Shown: in pieces, positions 1 to 9,642 of the stretch
Layout of the letters: each line of letters begins with the position of its first letter
How positions within the stretch are numbered: position 1 is the first letter of the stretch
Source: an uncultured Nitrospiraceae bacterium
Lineage (GTDB): Bacteria > Nitrospirota > Nitrospiria > Nitrospirales > Nitrospiraceae
DNA length: 64,000 nucleotides
NCBI GenBank assembly: GCA_963730935.1
Contig: CAVSTP010000003.1
Span: forward strand, 160,001 to 224,000
Reading direction: 5' to 3'
The notes under the pieces: model-generated
Databases searched by the model: none
What the model was told of the DNA's origin: nothing
Seen by the model: only the letters and a program-made list of their open reading frames with translations
Program-made: the position numbers and the translations under genes

Positions 1-245
1 GGGACACGGTCCCACATGCGGAAAACGCAGTGAGCGCCAGCGCACTGATGATGAACGCAACCCACATATCACTAAATCCTACGTCTAGCTGACCAAAGTC
101 GCTCGCGAAAGCCTTCTTTTTAACTCTAGCAACGTCCAATTGAAGCGCATTCCCCGAAGGAGGGATAACGATCCCCCCTGAACGAGGAAGGCGGTGTGGA
201 GGTTCAGCCCGTACACTTTTGATGGGACCTGCGTAGGAGGGACAC

Positions 246-632
246 ATGACCCGACGCCAGTATGCTCGCCGTCAATCTCGCCGCGCGCTGATATGGCGCG
301 TCTTCTATGGCAGCGGAGAGCTCGTGGGACAAGGCAGCATCGTGGACGTCCACGAGACCGGCTGCCGAGTCACCGGCCGCACGCCTGTCGAAGTCGGCAC
401 GCATCTTCGGCTCTGCATCTGGCCGACCGACAATCCGACCGACATTATTGTGGTGCAGGGCACTGTCAGGTGGGCCAGAGGGCTCGAATTTGGGTTACTC
501 CTCGACGGACAGATGCCGAACCTTGACGAACTCGCGCGCCAGAGAAATGACGACACTCACTCTACGAACCCTCTCGACTGTGCGAATCCTCCGTACAAGC
601 CTTTGGGCGGTGGATCCGAAAAGCGAGCATAA
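246..632 (+). CDS. PilZ-domain protein (putative c-di-GMP receptor)
   Basis: RxxxR-like 'RRQSRR' followed by 'DVHETGCRV' (D/NxSxxG-like), 'GTVRW...FGL'; SD aggaggg upstream. Confidence 0.75.
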   Translation: MTRRQYARRQSRRALIWRVFYGSGELVGQGSIVDVHETGCRVTGRTPVEVGTHLRLCIWPTDNPTDIIVVQGTVRWARGLEFGLLLDGQMPNLDELARQRNDDTHSTNPLDCANPPYKPLGGGSEKRA

Positions 633-939
633 CCTGCTAGAAATTAAAGGGATTATTGGGTTGATACTACATTGACGTGCCCGGTTCCTGCGATAGCTAT
701 TTATTATAGTGAAGAACATGGCCGCTACAGACGGCACCCATATCTGCCTCTTCATGCTCGAACAAAAACGCCAAGGGGTATTTCACGGGCAATTTCATCT
801 GTACCTATTGCGAAGACCAAACCGATAGAGACGCTGACGTCCACGCGTACTTCGGACCGGTTTCCCGTCTTACTTGACCGGCCCGCGAGACTGTTGCTTA
901 AGGTGGACAAATCCGTCCCCTAGCGATACTCTCTAAGCG

Positions 940-1254
940 ATGAATCGACTCATCGGGAAGAAAATCCTCGTGCTTCTGGCCATCTGGTTGCTGACCGGAG
1001 GCCTTGCTCTCGCCGACTCTTTCGACCTCACGGATGAACTTCAGCTTGCGCTCATTGACCGCACCTGCGCCCTCGAAACGGATCCAGACGAGGTGCGCGA
1101 GTCGATTGTTGACGCCGTCGCGTCCCTCGGCATGCGCGGACCGAATCTGGCCCCGTGCGGTGGCGCATTTTCAGAGACTCCTCCTTGCTCAGACCTCCTT
1201 GTGCTGGCCCTCATGCGACCTCTGCCGGAAGTCCTCAAAACATTTCGGATTTGA
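940..1254 (+). CDS. Small exported hypothetical protein upstream of the RND pump
   Basis: Signal-peptide-like N-terminus (MNRLIGKKILVLLAIWLLTGGLALA); same strand as czcA. Confidence 0.5.
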   Translation: MNRLIGKKILVLLAIWLLTGGLALADSFDLTDELQLALIDRTCALETDPDEVRESIVDAVASLGMRGPNLAPCGGAFSETPPCSDLLVLALMRPLPEVLKTFRI

Positions 1255-1353
1255 GTTCACACGTCAACTAATTCCCTCTCGTGACCGGCGTGGCTGGTGC
1301 CGGTCACCTTGACCGAGGCATGACTCCGTGTTGAAGGAGGCCGATAGGTCCCG

Positions 1354-4300
1354 ATGCTTGAACGTGTCATCAGTTTTTCTCTGACACAACGCCTGTTCGT
1401 CTGCCTCGTAGGTCTCGGGCTGATGTTCGGCGGACTCTACGCATTTCACATCCTTGACGTCGTGGCCTATCCCGATCCCTCGCCGCCTATGATCGAAGTC
1501 ATCACCCAATATCCCGGGTGGTCGGCCGAGCAGATGGAACGGGCCATCACGCTGCCGATCGAAATTGCGCTGCAAGGGATGCCGGGACTCACGGACATCC
1601 GGTCCTTGTCGATTTTCGGACTCAGCGACATCAAAGTGTACTTCCAGTTCGGCACCGACTATTTCCGCGACCGGCAGGAGGTCCTCAACCGCCTGCAGTT
1701 GATCACCTTGCCTCAAAACGTGCAGCCGGCGATTTCTCCCTGGTCGGCCATTGCCGAAATCTATCGGTATGAAGTGGAAGGCGCCGGGAAATCGCTCACC
1801 GATCTCAAAACCATTCAGGAATGGCAGATCCGGCGGGAGTTCAAGCGAGTGCCCGGGGTCATCGACGTCACCACGTTCGGCGGGACTGCCAAGGAATTCC
1901 ACGTCGATCTCGATCCCGGCCGGCTCATCAGCTACAACGTCACGCTTGATCAAGTGATGGATGCGTTGTCAAAGAGCAATACGGACGTCGGCGGAAACTA
2001 TCTGACCATGGGCGCCCAAAGTTTCAACGTGCGAGGCATGGGCTTGATGAAGAGCCTCGACGACATTGCGGACACAGTCGTGACGGAGAAGGATGGAACT
2101 CCCATCTTCGTGCGCCATCTGGGACAGACGAGCGTCGGGCACCGGGTCCGCCTCGGGAAAGTGGGCATCAATGACCGTGACGACGTGGTGGAAGGGGTGG
2201 TCTTGCTGCAACGGGGGGAGCAGGCGTTGCCCGTGCTGGAACGAGTGCACAAGAAGGTCGAGGAGTTGAACAATCACCGCCTTTCCGGCGGCGTGGCGAT
2301 CAAGACGTTCTACGACCGGACCCAGCTGATCCACACCACGATCGAAACGGTCGTCGATATCTTGATCGCCGGCGTCGTGCTTGTCTCGATCATCCTGTAC
2401 ATCTTCTTGGGCCATGGACGGACGGCCCTGATCGTGGCGCTCACGGTGCCCGTCGCGCTCCTGTTTACCTTCTGCATCATGGTGATGCACGGCCAGTCGG
2501 CGAACCTCATTTCCCTGGGCGCGATCGATTTCGGGATCATCGTCGATTCGACACTGATCATGGTGGAAAGCATTTTCTATCATATCTCACACAAGCGGGC
2601 GCAGGGTTTGACTGTGCCGATGCACGTGATGCGGGCCGCCAAGGAAGTCGGACGCCCGATCTTTTTTGCAACGACCATTATCGTCGTCGCATTCATGCCG
2701 CTCTTCACTATGACGGGCGTGCCGGGGAAAATTTTTGCACCGATGTCCCTCACGTACGGTCTGGCGTTGACGGGAGCACTCCTGATGGCGTTCACGCTCG
2801 CTCCGGCGCTGTGCGTACTGCTGTTGGCCGGAGAAGTGCGCGAGCACGATACGGCGGTCGTCGAATGGATCAGAGAAAAATATATGGCCACCTTGGCGTG
2901 GGCGTTGGACCATGAAGTGATCGTCATCGCCCTGGCCGGCGGAGCGCTGGCCGTGGCAATTTTGGCAGTCCCCTTCATCGGCGGTGAATTCATGCCGGCC
3001 CTGGAAGAAGGCAATATCTGGATGCGGGCGACCCTGCCCGTGGACATTTCCTTTGAGCAGGCGGCGCAGCTGGCCACGGACATCCGCCAGGTCTTCCGGG
3101 ACGTTCCTGAAGTGATCGATGTGGCCTCGCAGCTCGGGCGTCCGGACGATGGAACGGATCCGACCAGTTTTTTCAATGCCGAGTTCCTCGTGACGCTTCA
3201 GCCGCGGTCAGCCTGGCGGGCGTTGCTCAAGGACAAACACGCGCTCATCTCCGAGATCGAACAGGAGCTCGCCTCGTTCCCCGGCATCTCATTCAACTTC
3301 TCGCAAGCCATCCAGGACAACGTGCAGGAAGCGATGTCCGGCGTCAAAGGTGAAAACGCGGTCAAACTCTATGGTCCTGACCTCCGGCAGCTAGAGGCGC
3401 TGGCCATGGAGATTCAACGGCACATGGAAAAGGTCCGTGGCGTGAAGGATCTTGGCGTGCTTCATCTGCTGGGCCAGCCGAACTTGATCATCGAAGTGGA
3501 CCGGCAGGAGTGCGCCCGGTATGGCTTGAAAGTCGGCGACGTGAACGGCGTAATACAGGCGGCGATCGGCGGACAATCCGTGACCCAGGTCTATGAGGGA
3601 GAAAAATGGTTTGATCTCGTTGTCAGGTTCCTGCCGGAATATCGCCGCGACAATGAAACGATCGGCCAAATCCTCGTCAGCACCCCGGACGGAGCGAGGA
3701 TTCCGATCAAGCAATTGGCCACGATCACCGAGCAAACCGGCGCCTTCATCATCTATCGTGAAAACAACGAGCGGTATATTCCGATCAAGTTCAGCGTGCG
3801 AGGCCGGGATTTGGAGGGGACGGTGACGGACGCCCAGGCTGTGCTGGCGGAGCACCTCTCTCTGCCAGAAGGCTATCACATCGAATGGCACGGCGAATAC
3901 GATCAGCTCCAGGATGAAAAAACCCGCCTCGCGAGCATCGTGCCCGTGACGCTGCTGCTCATTCTCTTTCTCGTCTATCTCGTGCTCAATTCCATGCGCG
4001 ATGCGTTGCTGGTCCTCATCGCCGTGCCGTTCGCCCTGGTCGGCGGCGTTCTGGCCCTGGCGCTGACTCGAACGCATTTCAGCATCTCGGCCGCTGTCGG
4101 CTTCATTTCGCTCTTCGGTGTGGCGGTGCAAGGTGCCCTCATTCTCGTGTCCCGCATCCGTGACCTTCTGCTGGAAGGGTTTGACATCCGCACGGCGATC
4201 ATGAAAAGCGCCGAAGTCCGCATGCGCCCGGTCTTGATGACATCGTTGGCCGCTGCCATCGGGCTGATTCCCGCCGCAGTCGCCACCGGCATCGGCGCTC

Positions 4301-4440
4301 AATCGCAACAGCCGCTTGCACGCGTCGTCGTCGGGGGGATGCTCACATCGGCGGCGTTGATCCTTCTCGTGCTTCCCATTCTCTACCGGCTGGCCTATCG
4401 ATGGAGCGAGAGCGTGCCGAAGGAACAGGAATCGCCCTGA
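1354..4440 (+). CDS. czcA: CusA/CzcA family heavy-metal efflux RND transporter
   Basis: 1028 aa; 'GAIDFGIIVD' TM4 motif, 'GGEFMPALEEG', 'RMRPVLMTSLAAAIGLIP', 'QQPLARVVVGG'. Confidence 0.93.
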   Translation: MLERVISFSLTQRLFVCLVGLGLMFGGLYAFHILDVVAYPDPSPPMIEVITQYPGWSAEQMERAITLPIEIALQGMPGLTDIRSLSIFGLSDIKVYFQFGTDYFRDRQEVLNRLQLITLPQNVQPAISPWSAIAEIYRYEVEGAGKSLTDLKTIQEWQIRREFKRVPGVIDVTTFGGTAKEFHVDLDPGRLISYNVTLDQVMDALSKSNTDVGGNYLTMGAQSFNVRGMGLMKSLDDIADTVVTEKDGTPIFVRHLGQTSVGHRVRLGKVGINDRDDVVEGVVLLQRGEQALPVLERVHKKVEELNNHRLSGGVAIKTFYDRTQLIHTTIETVVDILIAGVVLVSIILYIFLGHGRTALIVALTVPVALLFTFCIMVMHGQSANLISLGAIDFGIIVDSTLIMVESIFYHISHKRAQGLTVPMHVMRAAKEVGRPIFFATTIIVVAFMPLFTMTGVPGKIFAPMSLTYGLALTGALLMAFTLAPALCVLLLAGEVREHDTAVVEWIREKYMATLAWALDHEVIVIALAGGALAVAILAVPFIGGEFMPALEEGNIWMRATLPVDISFEQAAQLATDIRQVFRDVPEVIDVASQLGRPDDGTDPTSFFNAEFLVTLQPRSAWRALLKDKHALISEIEQELASFPGISFNFSQAIQDNVQEAMSGVKGENAVKLYGPDLRQLEALAMEIQRHMEKVRGVKDLGVLHLLGQPNLIIEVDRQECARYGLKVGDVNGVIQAAIGGQSVTQVYEGEKWFDLVVRFLPEYRRDNETIGQILVSTPDGARIPIKQLATITEQTGAFIIYRENNERYIPIKFSVRGRDLEGTVTDAQAVLAEHLSLPEGYHIEWHGEYDQLQDEKTRLASIVPVTLLLILFLVYLVLNSMRDALLVLIAVPFALVGGVLALALTRTHFSISAAVGFISLFGVAVQGALILVSRIRDLLLEGFDIRTAIMKSAEVRMRPVLMTSLAAAIGLIPAAVATGIGAQSQQPLARVVVGGMLTSAALILLVLPILYRLAYRWSESVPKEQESP

Positions 4441-5005
4441 CCAGGTACCGCAAAGGGCTTCCGGAGAAGAGGGCGTCGAACGGGTAACAGGTCACGAGAA
4501 TGAGCTCCTCGCTGTCGTCGGCCAGGCGGATCGCGTCGGTCCGGGCATCGACGATGGCCCTGTCGAGGACGCGGTAGCGCAGGCTGTGTCCGTCCGGTGT
4601 GTCGATCAGAATCTCGTCCATTTCCTTCAAGCGCCCCACGAACGCAAAATGCGTGTCCCGATGGCCGGTGAGCACGGTGGTACCGCCAGCGCCCGGTAAT
4701 GAACTGGATTCCGCAAACGCGGGGCCAAAGGCCAAGGTCCGGCCATACGCGCCATTCAACACGATCACATCGATCTGCTCTGAGGGCACACGCAGCCGGC
4801 CCACGGGCCAGGTATCGGCCCAGGGCCAAGGCTTGGCCTGCAAGTGTCCGGCGAGTGTCTGGGACCAGGCCCGTTGCAGGAGCACCTGCGCGAGCCTGGC
4901 CTTCGCATAGATCCACGATCCTTCCCCGATTTGCCACAGCCCGACGGCGAGGAAGCACACCGTCAGCATGATAAGCGGACGGGGAGTGGTCTGAACCGGG
5001 CTCAT
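4343..5005 (-). CDS. Sortase, marine-proteobacterial (class GN) type
   Basis: 'IYAKARLAQVLL', 'KPWPWADTWPV', catalytic His 'GHRDTHF', Cys 'LVTCYPF', Arg 'LRYLV'; ATG at 5005 overlaps the upstream stop (ATGA). Confidence 0.92.
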   Translation of the reverse strand: MSPVQTTPRPLIMLTVCFLAVGLWQIGEGSWIYAKARLAQVLLQRAWSQTLAGHLQAKPWPWADTWPVGRLRVPSEQIDVIVLNGAYGRTLAFGPAFAESSSLPGAGGTTVLTGHRDTHFAFVGRLKEMDEILIDTPDGHSLRYRVLDRAIVDARTDAIRLADDSEELILVTCYPFDALFSGSPLRYLVRAIPVPSARSRSIDRPAGREWEAREGSTPPM

Positions 5006-7116
5006 GCAATTCGGCATCGATGGCGCCACATCCAGAACGAGAGCACGAGCGCCATCACGCCGATCAGCATATGCCATGGCGCGTTCGTTGCCGTCCTGGG
5101 CAAACCAAAGAGGGCCTGGTAGTCCTGACCCTCCGGGAGATTGGTCTTCATTGCATGGGTGGTCAGCGACGCGTTGCTCGGCCTGATGGGCTCCGTATCC
5201 ACGGCAACCAGACTCGTGTAGGGGCTGACGAGGTGATGGGCCAGTGCAACCTCGATCACCGATTGCCGGATCGCTGCCTCGGCTCCCTCCGGGCTGTGGC
5301 GATCCATCAGCGACGCGATTTTCTGTCTGGCCCAATACCCAGACAGGCCGCCTCTGGATGGGCCGCCAGGCAGATCGATCGATTGTGTCCACGTTTTTGA
5401 ATTGAACAGACCGGTCAGGGTCACTGTTGAGGGAGCGGTGGATGTTCTGAAGGCGAGAACGACAGGCTCGCCTTCGTACAAATCGGGTATCCTCGGCGGA
5501 AACACCTCTGTGGTCGTCTCAAAGCCTCCTACCTGAATGTCCGTCAGCACGGGCCGCTCCAACTTCCTGAAGATCGCGTCCATCTGCGCTTTCACTTCGC
5601 TGGTGCTGCCGATGTGTGTGAAGGTGCCTCGCCCGAATTCCGCCGCCTTTCGCATGAAATGGCTGTTCGGCGCCGAACCGATCCCGATAGTAAACAATCG
5701 GCTCTGTCCCAATTGCGCCCGAATGACGCCGAACAGTTCCTCTTCGTTGCCCACCTGTCCGTCCGTCAAGAAGATTACTTGCCGCAGATGGGTCGCCGGA
5801 GGGAGACCTTTGAGCGCCATTTTCATGGCGGGAAGAATTTCCGTGCCTCCGTTGGCATGAAGCCGCTCGACATACCGGACGGCCTTGCCGAGAGTATCCG
5901 TTCTAACGGCCTGCGCCTCGGAGAACAATAAATGTGTGGTGCTGTTGAATTGGATCACGTTGAACCGGTCCTGCGAGGTGAGCCGACCGAGTGCAAGCAG
6001 GAGGGCCGCCTTGGCCTGTTCGATGGACGTGCCAGCCATCGAGCCGGATGTGTCGATGACGAAGATCGTTTCGCGCGGCAGCGTCGTCACCATCTCGTTC
6101 GATGCAGGGGGAGTGACCATCAAGAGGCCGTAGGTACTGTCGTGCTGCTGCTCGATATAGACGATGGCGGCCGGAAAAGATCCTTCGGCGGGCTGCCAGG
6201 TCAATTGAAAATCCCGGTTGGCCGGGACGTGATCCCGTCGGAGTGTGATATGCCGTCTGCCGTCCTGGTCAGGGATGATCAGGATTTCATGATAGGGCGA
6301 ATCGATTTTTCCCAAAGGAAAGCCGGCGGCAAGATCAACGGTCAGGCTCACCGGATTGATGGCGCCATGCGTGGGCTCTACGGGCGGGGTGATCCGTGAG
6401 GCATCGGTGACGCGGTCGGTATTGGGCGACCAGCCTGACCCCTGGAGTTCTTCCTCGATGACGACCGGTGTCCCCGGGATGTAGCGAGGACCCACGACCA
6501 TCGGGAAACGCAGGGAGAACACCCCCTGATCGTAGCGCACCGTTTCCTGATACTCGATTTCGACCGTGATCCGGTCCTGTGGGGCGATGTTGGCGATCGA
6601 GACAGTGAACACGTTCGGTCGCTCCTGTTCTACGAGGCTTGCCCGCGTGCCTTCCTGCTTCGCCTGCTCATAACGTCGCTTGGCCTCGGCACGCTCGCGG
6701 ATTTCTCCCGTGATCACTCGATCGCCCACCTTCATCCGCAGATGATCGACCGCGGCGCTGTCTGGAAGCGGAAACACATAGATACCCTCTGCCCAATCGT
6801 CCTTGACCCGGCTCGGGTTGATGAATTCCTGCGTGAGCGTCGTTCGGGCGATGATGCCGGTGATGGAGATGTTGACGTCGGTCTTCAACAGAGGGGCCGG
6901 AAGGTAACGGCCCCGCTCATGGGTCTTGAAGAGGAGACTCCCTTGCGTCACGTCCCTGAGCGTCATGCCGTTCTCATTGAGTGGAGGCTCGCCACAGGCG
7001 AGGAGCACCGGCAGGACCCCGAACCATGAGAGAATGACCGTCAGCAGCGTGAGCAGAACGGCTTGCGTCGTGCGTTTCCGGATCTGTTGCTGTGCTATCT
7101 CGTTGAACAGTGTCAT
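5002..7116 (-). CDS. Sortase target protein with VIT and vWA domains and a C-terminal LPRTAT sorting signal
   Basis: VIT ('EGIYVFPLP', 'EQERPNVF'); vWA MIDAS 'DTSGSM'; C-terminal LPRTAT + hydrophobic stretch + basic tail; start moved to ATG 7116 after SD GAGG. Confidence 0.92.
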   Translation of the reverse strand: MTLFNEIAQQQIRKRTTQAVLLTLLTVILSWFGVLPVLLACGEPPLNENGMTLRDVTQGSLLFKTHERGRYLPAPLLKTDVNISITGIIARTTLTQEFINPSRVKDDWAEGIYVFPLPDSAAVDHLRMKVGDRVITGEIRERAEAKRRYEQAKQEGTRASLVEQERPNVFTVSIANIAPQDRITVEIEYQETVRYDQGVFSLRFPMVVGPRYIPGTPVVIEEELQGSGWSPNTDRVTDASRITPPVEPTHGAINPVSLTVDLAAGFPLGKIDSPYHEILIIPDQDGRRHITLRRDHVPANRDFQLTWQPAEGSFPAAIVYIEQQHDSTYGLLMVTPPASNEMVTTLPRETIFVIDTSGSMAGTSIEQAKAALLLALGRLTSQDRFNVIQFNSTTHLLFSEAQAVRTDTLGKAVRYVERLHANGGTEILPAMKMALKGLPPATHLRQVIFLTDGQVGNEEELFGVIRAQLGQSRLFTIGIGSAPNSHFMRKAAEFGRGTFTHIGSTSEVKAQMDAIFRKLERPVLTDIQVGGFETTTEVFPPRIPDLYEGEPVVLAFRTSTAPSTVTLTGLFNSKTWTQSIDLPGGPSRGGLSGYWARQKIASLMDRHSPEGAEAAIRQSVIEVALAHHLVSPYTSLVAVDTEPIRPSNASLTTHAMKTNLPEGQDYQALFGLPRTATNAPWHMLIGVMALVLSFWMWRHRCRIA

Positions 7117-7201
7117 GCGTCCTCGTCTGATGGAGGTGAGGGTGGAGATGTGCAGCCGCGTCTGCACGAGACGACTCGTGCAGACGCGCGCATGAGTGTG
7201 G

Positions 7202-8014
7202 TCAGCTGCCGGAGGCCGGGTCGGCCGGCGCAGTCCCGTTGTCGGTTTCAGAGGTATTGGCCGAAGGCACGAGACTGTCGATGAGTGAGCCTTCTGCTTC
7301 GCTGTTGGGGCCAGCGTCGGCAGATGCCTGCGTTGCCTGCCTTGGATCAGGCGCCGAGGTGGTCATGACGACCGGTGCTCGCATGTGTTCTTCGCCAATG
7401 GGACGAATTTCCAGATGGACACGGCGGTTCATCTGGCGGCAGACGTCGCTCATATCGATGCAAAGCACACCCTCTTTTCCAAGACTGACGGTCTTGATTT
7501 GATGTTCCGCGACGCCCGCAGTGATCAATTCCGTCTTCACGGTTTCGGCCCGCTTGAGCCCGAGCTTCATGTTGTAGCTCGGTGATCCCTGTTGATCGGT
7601 GTAGCCCTGTACCAGGACTCCCAGGTTCCCATCCTGCTTGAGGATCGAGGCCTGCGCTTGCAGGAGCGTTCTCGCTTCATCGGTCAATCCCTTGCGGCCG
7701 ACCTCGAAATACAGGTCGGTATGAAGGATGCCAGACTTAGCGGAAGCCGCCGGGGCTTCCTCGATCTTCGACCGTGACACCGAAACCGGCGTGATCATGG
7801 GTTGGGAGGTCTTGAGCGCCTCGCTGACCTGCGAACCGTTCAATGGCTCGTGACCGGTGCCCTGTTCGGTTGACGAGTAATACCAAATAGCTCCGATGAC
7901 GGCGGCCAGGCTCACGATGAGCCCCGACACCACCAACACGTCTTTATCCTTCTTGGGCCCGGAGATGCTGGGAGCGATATTGCCGGATGTGATCTGTGAC
8001 GGACCTTTCTGCAT
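7202..8014 (-). CDS. Sortase-associated OmpA-like peptidoglycan-binding protein (PdsO-like)
   Basis: N-terminal TM helix; 'VQGYTD..GSPSYNMKLGLKRAETVK', 'MNRRVHL'; SD aaggagg. Confidence 0.85.
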   Translation of the reverse strand: MQKGPSQITSGNIAPSISGPKKDKDVLVVSGLIVSLAAVIGAIWYYSSTEQGTGHEPLNGSQVSEALKTSQPMITPVSVSRSKIEEAPAASAKSGILHTDLYFEVGRKGLTDEARTLLQAQASILKQDGNLGVLVQGYTDQQGSPSYNMKLGLKRAETVKTELITAGVAEHQIKTVSLGKEGVLCIDMSDVCRQMNRRVHLEIRPIGEEHMRAPVVMTTSAPDPRQATQASADAGPNSEAEGSLIDSLVPSANTSETDNGTAPADPASGS

Positions 8015-8145
8015 GATGAAATCCTCCTTGTCGGGCTACTCAATGGTGATTGCTTGACGGTCCTTTAGTTGTTTGAGCCGTTGGGACAGGCTGGCTTCAC
8101 CTCCTTTTCCGTCCCTGATCTGTCTCTTGTTTGACCGGGTGCTTG

Positions 8146-8162
8146 AGCAACCAGAGTGCCGA
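8146..8162 (-). promoter_or_regulatory. sigma54 (-24/-12) promoter of the sortase operon
   Basis: Minus strand reads TCGGCACTCTGGTTGCT, i.e. GGCAC-N5-TTGC with exact consensus spacing. Confidence 0.75.
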
Positions 8163-8199
8163 CGAAATTGAACGCCGCCGTTGACCTAAATACGAGATG

Positions 8200-8212
8200 A
8201 ATCAAGCGTTTA
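8200..8212 (+). promoter_or_regulatory. IHF binding site
   Basis: AATCAAGCGTTTA matches WATCAANNNNTTR; about 40 bp upstream of the sigma54 -24 element. Confidence 0.65.
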
Positions 8213-8238
8213 AGCGATTGGTGGTGAGGCAAAGTGCA

Positions 8239-8283
8239 TGCGGGGAAAGCGAGCCCAGCATGCCATGCGGGGATAGCCCCGCA
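8239..8283. promoter_or_regulatory. Candidate upstream activator (enhancer) sites
   Basis: Palindrome TGCGGGG-ATAG-CCCCGCA (8266-8283) plus a partial copy TGCGGGG-AAAG starting at 8239. Confidence 0.5.
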
Positions 8284-8541
8284 CAGAATGAGGGCAGGCA
8301 AGTCACCGTAGGGCTCGCGAGAGGCATGTCTCAAAGACCCTTGCTCGACACGAACAAAGAGCTTTGAAGGGCCATTGGTAGAAAACAGCTCATGGATACC
8401 TGCCGGACATTGACGTAGACTTGTCGGGATCGTTTCCGAACATCCTGATGTGTCTTCGTATCCAAAGCTGCACGAGCTTCATCCATAGCTATGACAACGG
8501 AGCACAGGTCGTGTCTTGCAATCGCGTCAGTGGAGGTCTTT

Positions 8542-9009
8542 ATGGCAAGAATTGTTCTCGGAGGGATTGCATGTGCCGCTGTGCTCATTGGGGCGCTTGG
8601 CCTAGAGAGTTCCGCTCATGCCCAGGCTGGTCTTGGAACATGGGTTCGACAGGCAGGTCCGCAAGCGTCCGGACAGATAACAATGACTGTTGAGACTTGT
8701 TGCGACGGTGGGCGACGGTTGACGTACCAGCTGGGCGACTCTGGTCATGTCATGATCGTCGAGTCGCCATTCGACGGTCGGGAGGTGCCCGTACTGCTCG
8801 ATGGAAAACCGAGCGGCGAAACCATGGCGATTAAGCGCCTGGACGACCATCATACATCTACGATCGTCAAGATGAACGGTAAGGAGTTTGGCACATCGAA
8901 GGCCACTCTTTCGCCTGACGGGAAAACGATCACGGTTGAAAATGACTTCACCGCGTCGGTTGGCGGCAACCCTGCCGGCAAGCGCACGGAAGTGTGGGTA
9001 AGGAAGTGA
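8542..9009 (+). CDS. Secreted hypothetical beta-rich protein
   Basis: SD ggagg then ATG 8542; signal peptide ending AHA-Q; 'LSPDGKTIT'. Confidence 0.7.
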   Translation: MARIVLGGIACAAVLIGALGLESSAHAQAGLGTWVRQAGPQASGQITMTVETCCDGGRRLTYQLGDSGHVMIVESPFDGREVPVLLDGKPSGETMAIKRLDDHHTSTIVKMNGKEFGTSKATLSPDGKTITVENDFTASVGGNPAGKRTEVWVRK

Positions 9010-9096
9010 CACGATCGTCATTCATGTGCTCACTGCCGGTGAATCTGCCGGGCAGGTTGTGACGAGTAATGCATGCCCGGCTCAAGGCAGCAACCC

Positions 9097-9642
9097 ATGA
9101 GTCTCATCTTCCCAATTCATGCCAAGCTTAAAGATGGCTCGCCGGTGCAGTTGGTGCTGGCCGGTGAGCGCGATATCGAACCGCTTCGAACGCTCTACCG
9201 GATCATCGTTGAAGAGGGGACGTCTTATCCCCACGACCGATTTCCCGATGACGACGGCTTCATGGACTATTGGTTTCGCGGCAAGACGACAGTTGCCGCA
9301 TATGCGCCTGACCGCGAGCAGGCATCGGCGATGGCCGGCGCGCTTTACTTGAAGCCAAACTGGCCAGGAAGGGCAAGGCAAGTGGCGAACGCCGGCTTTA
9401 TCGTCGCACCTGAATGGCGCAAGAAGGGGTTGGGCTGGCTCTTGGGCGCCACGATGTTGGAGTATGCGCGGCAATTGGGCTACCGCAGCGTGATCTTCAA
9501 CCTGGTCTTTTCGGAGAATGTGTGGGCCCGTCGCCTCTGGGAGCGGCTTGGCTTCAAAGAGCTGGGCGTGCTCCCCGGCGCGGTGCGGAAGAACGACGGC
9601 ACGTATCAGGATGCCGTGATCATGTTTCAGTCATTGCTGTAG
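9097..9642 (+). CDS. GNAT family N-acetyltransferase
   Basis: '[17 protein letters not shown]', '[18 protein letters not shown]'. Confidence 0.88.
   Translation: MSLIFPIHAKLKDGSPVQLVLAGERDIEPLRTLYRIIVEEGTSYPHDRFPDDDGFMDYWFRGKTTVAAYAPDREQASAMAGALYLKPNWPGRARQVANAGFIVAPEWRKKGLGWLLGATMLEYARQLGYRSVIFNLVFSENVWARRLWERLGFKELGVLPGAVRKNDGTYQDAVIMFQSLL

Noticed and set aside
5006..5392. N-terminal extension of the sortase ORF
   Set aside because: It overlaps the target gene in another frame; the ATGA-coupled start at 5005 fits the family
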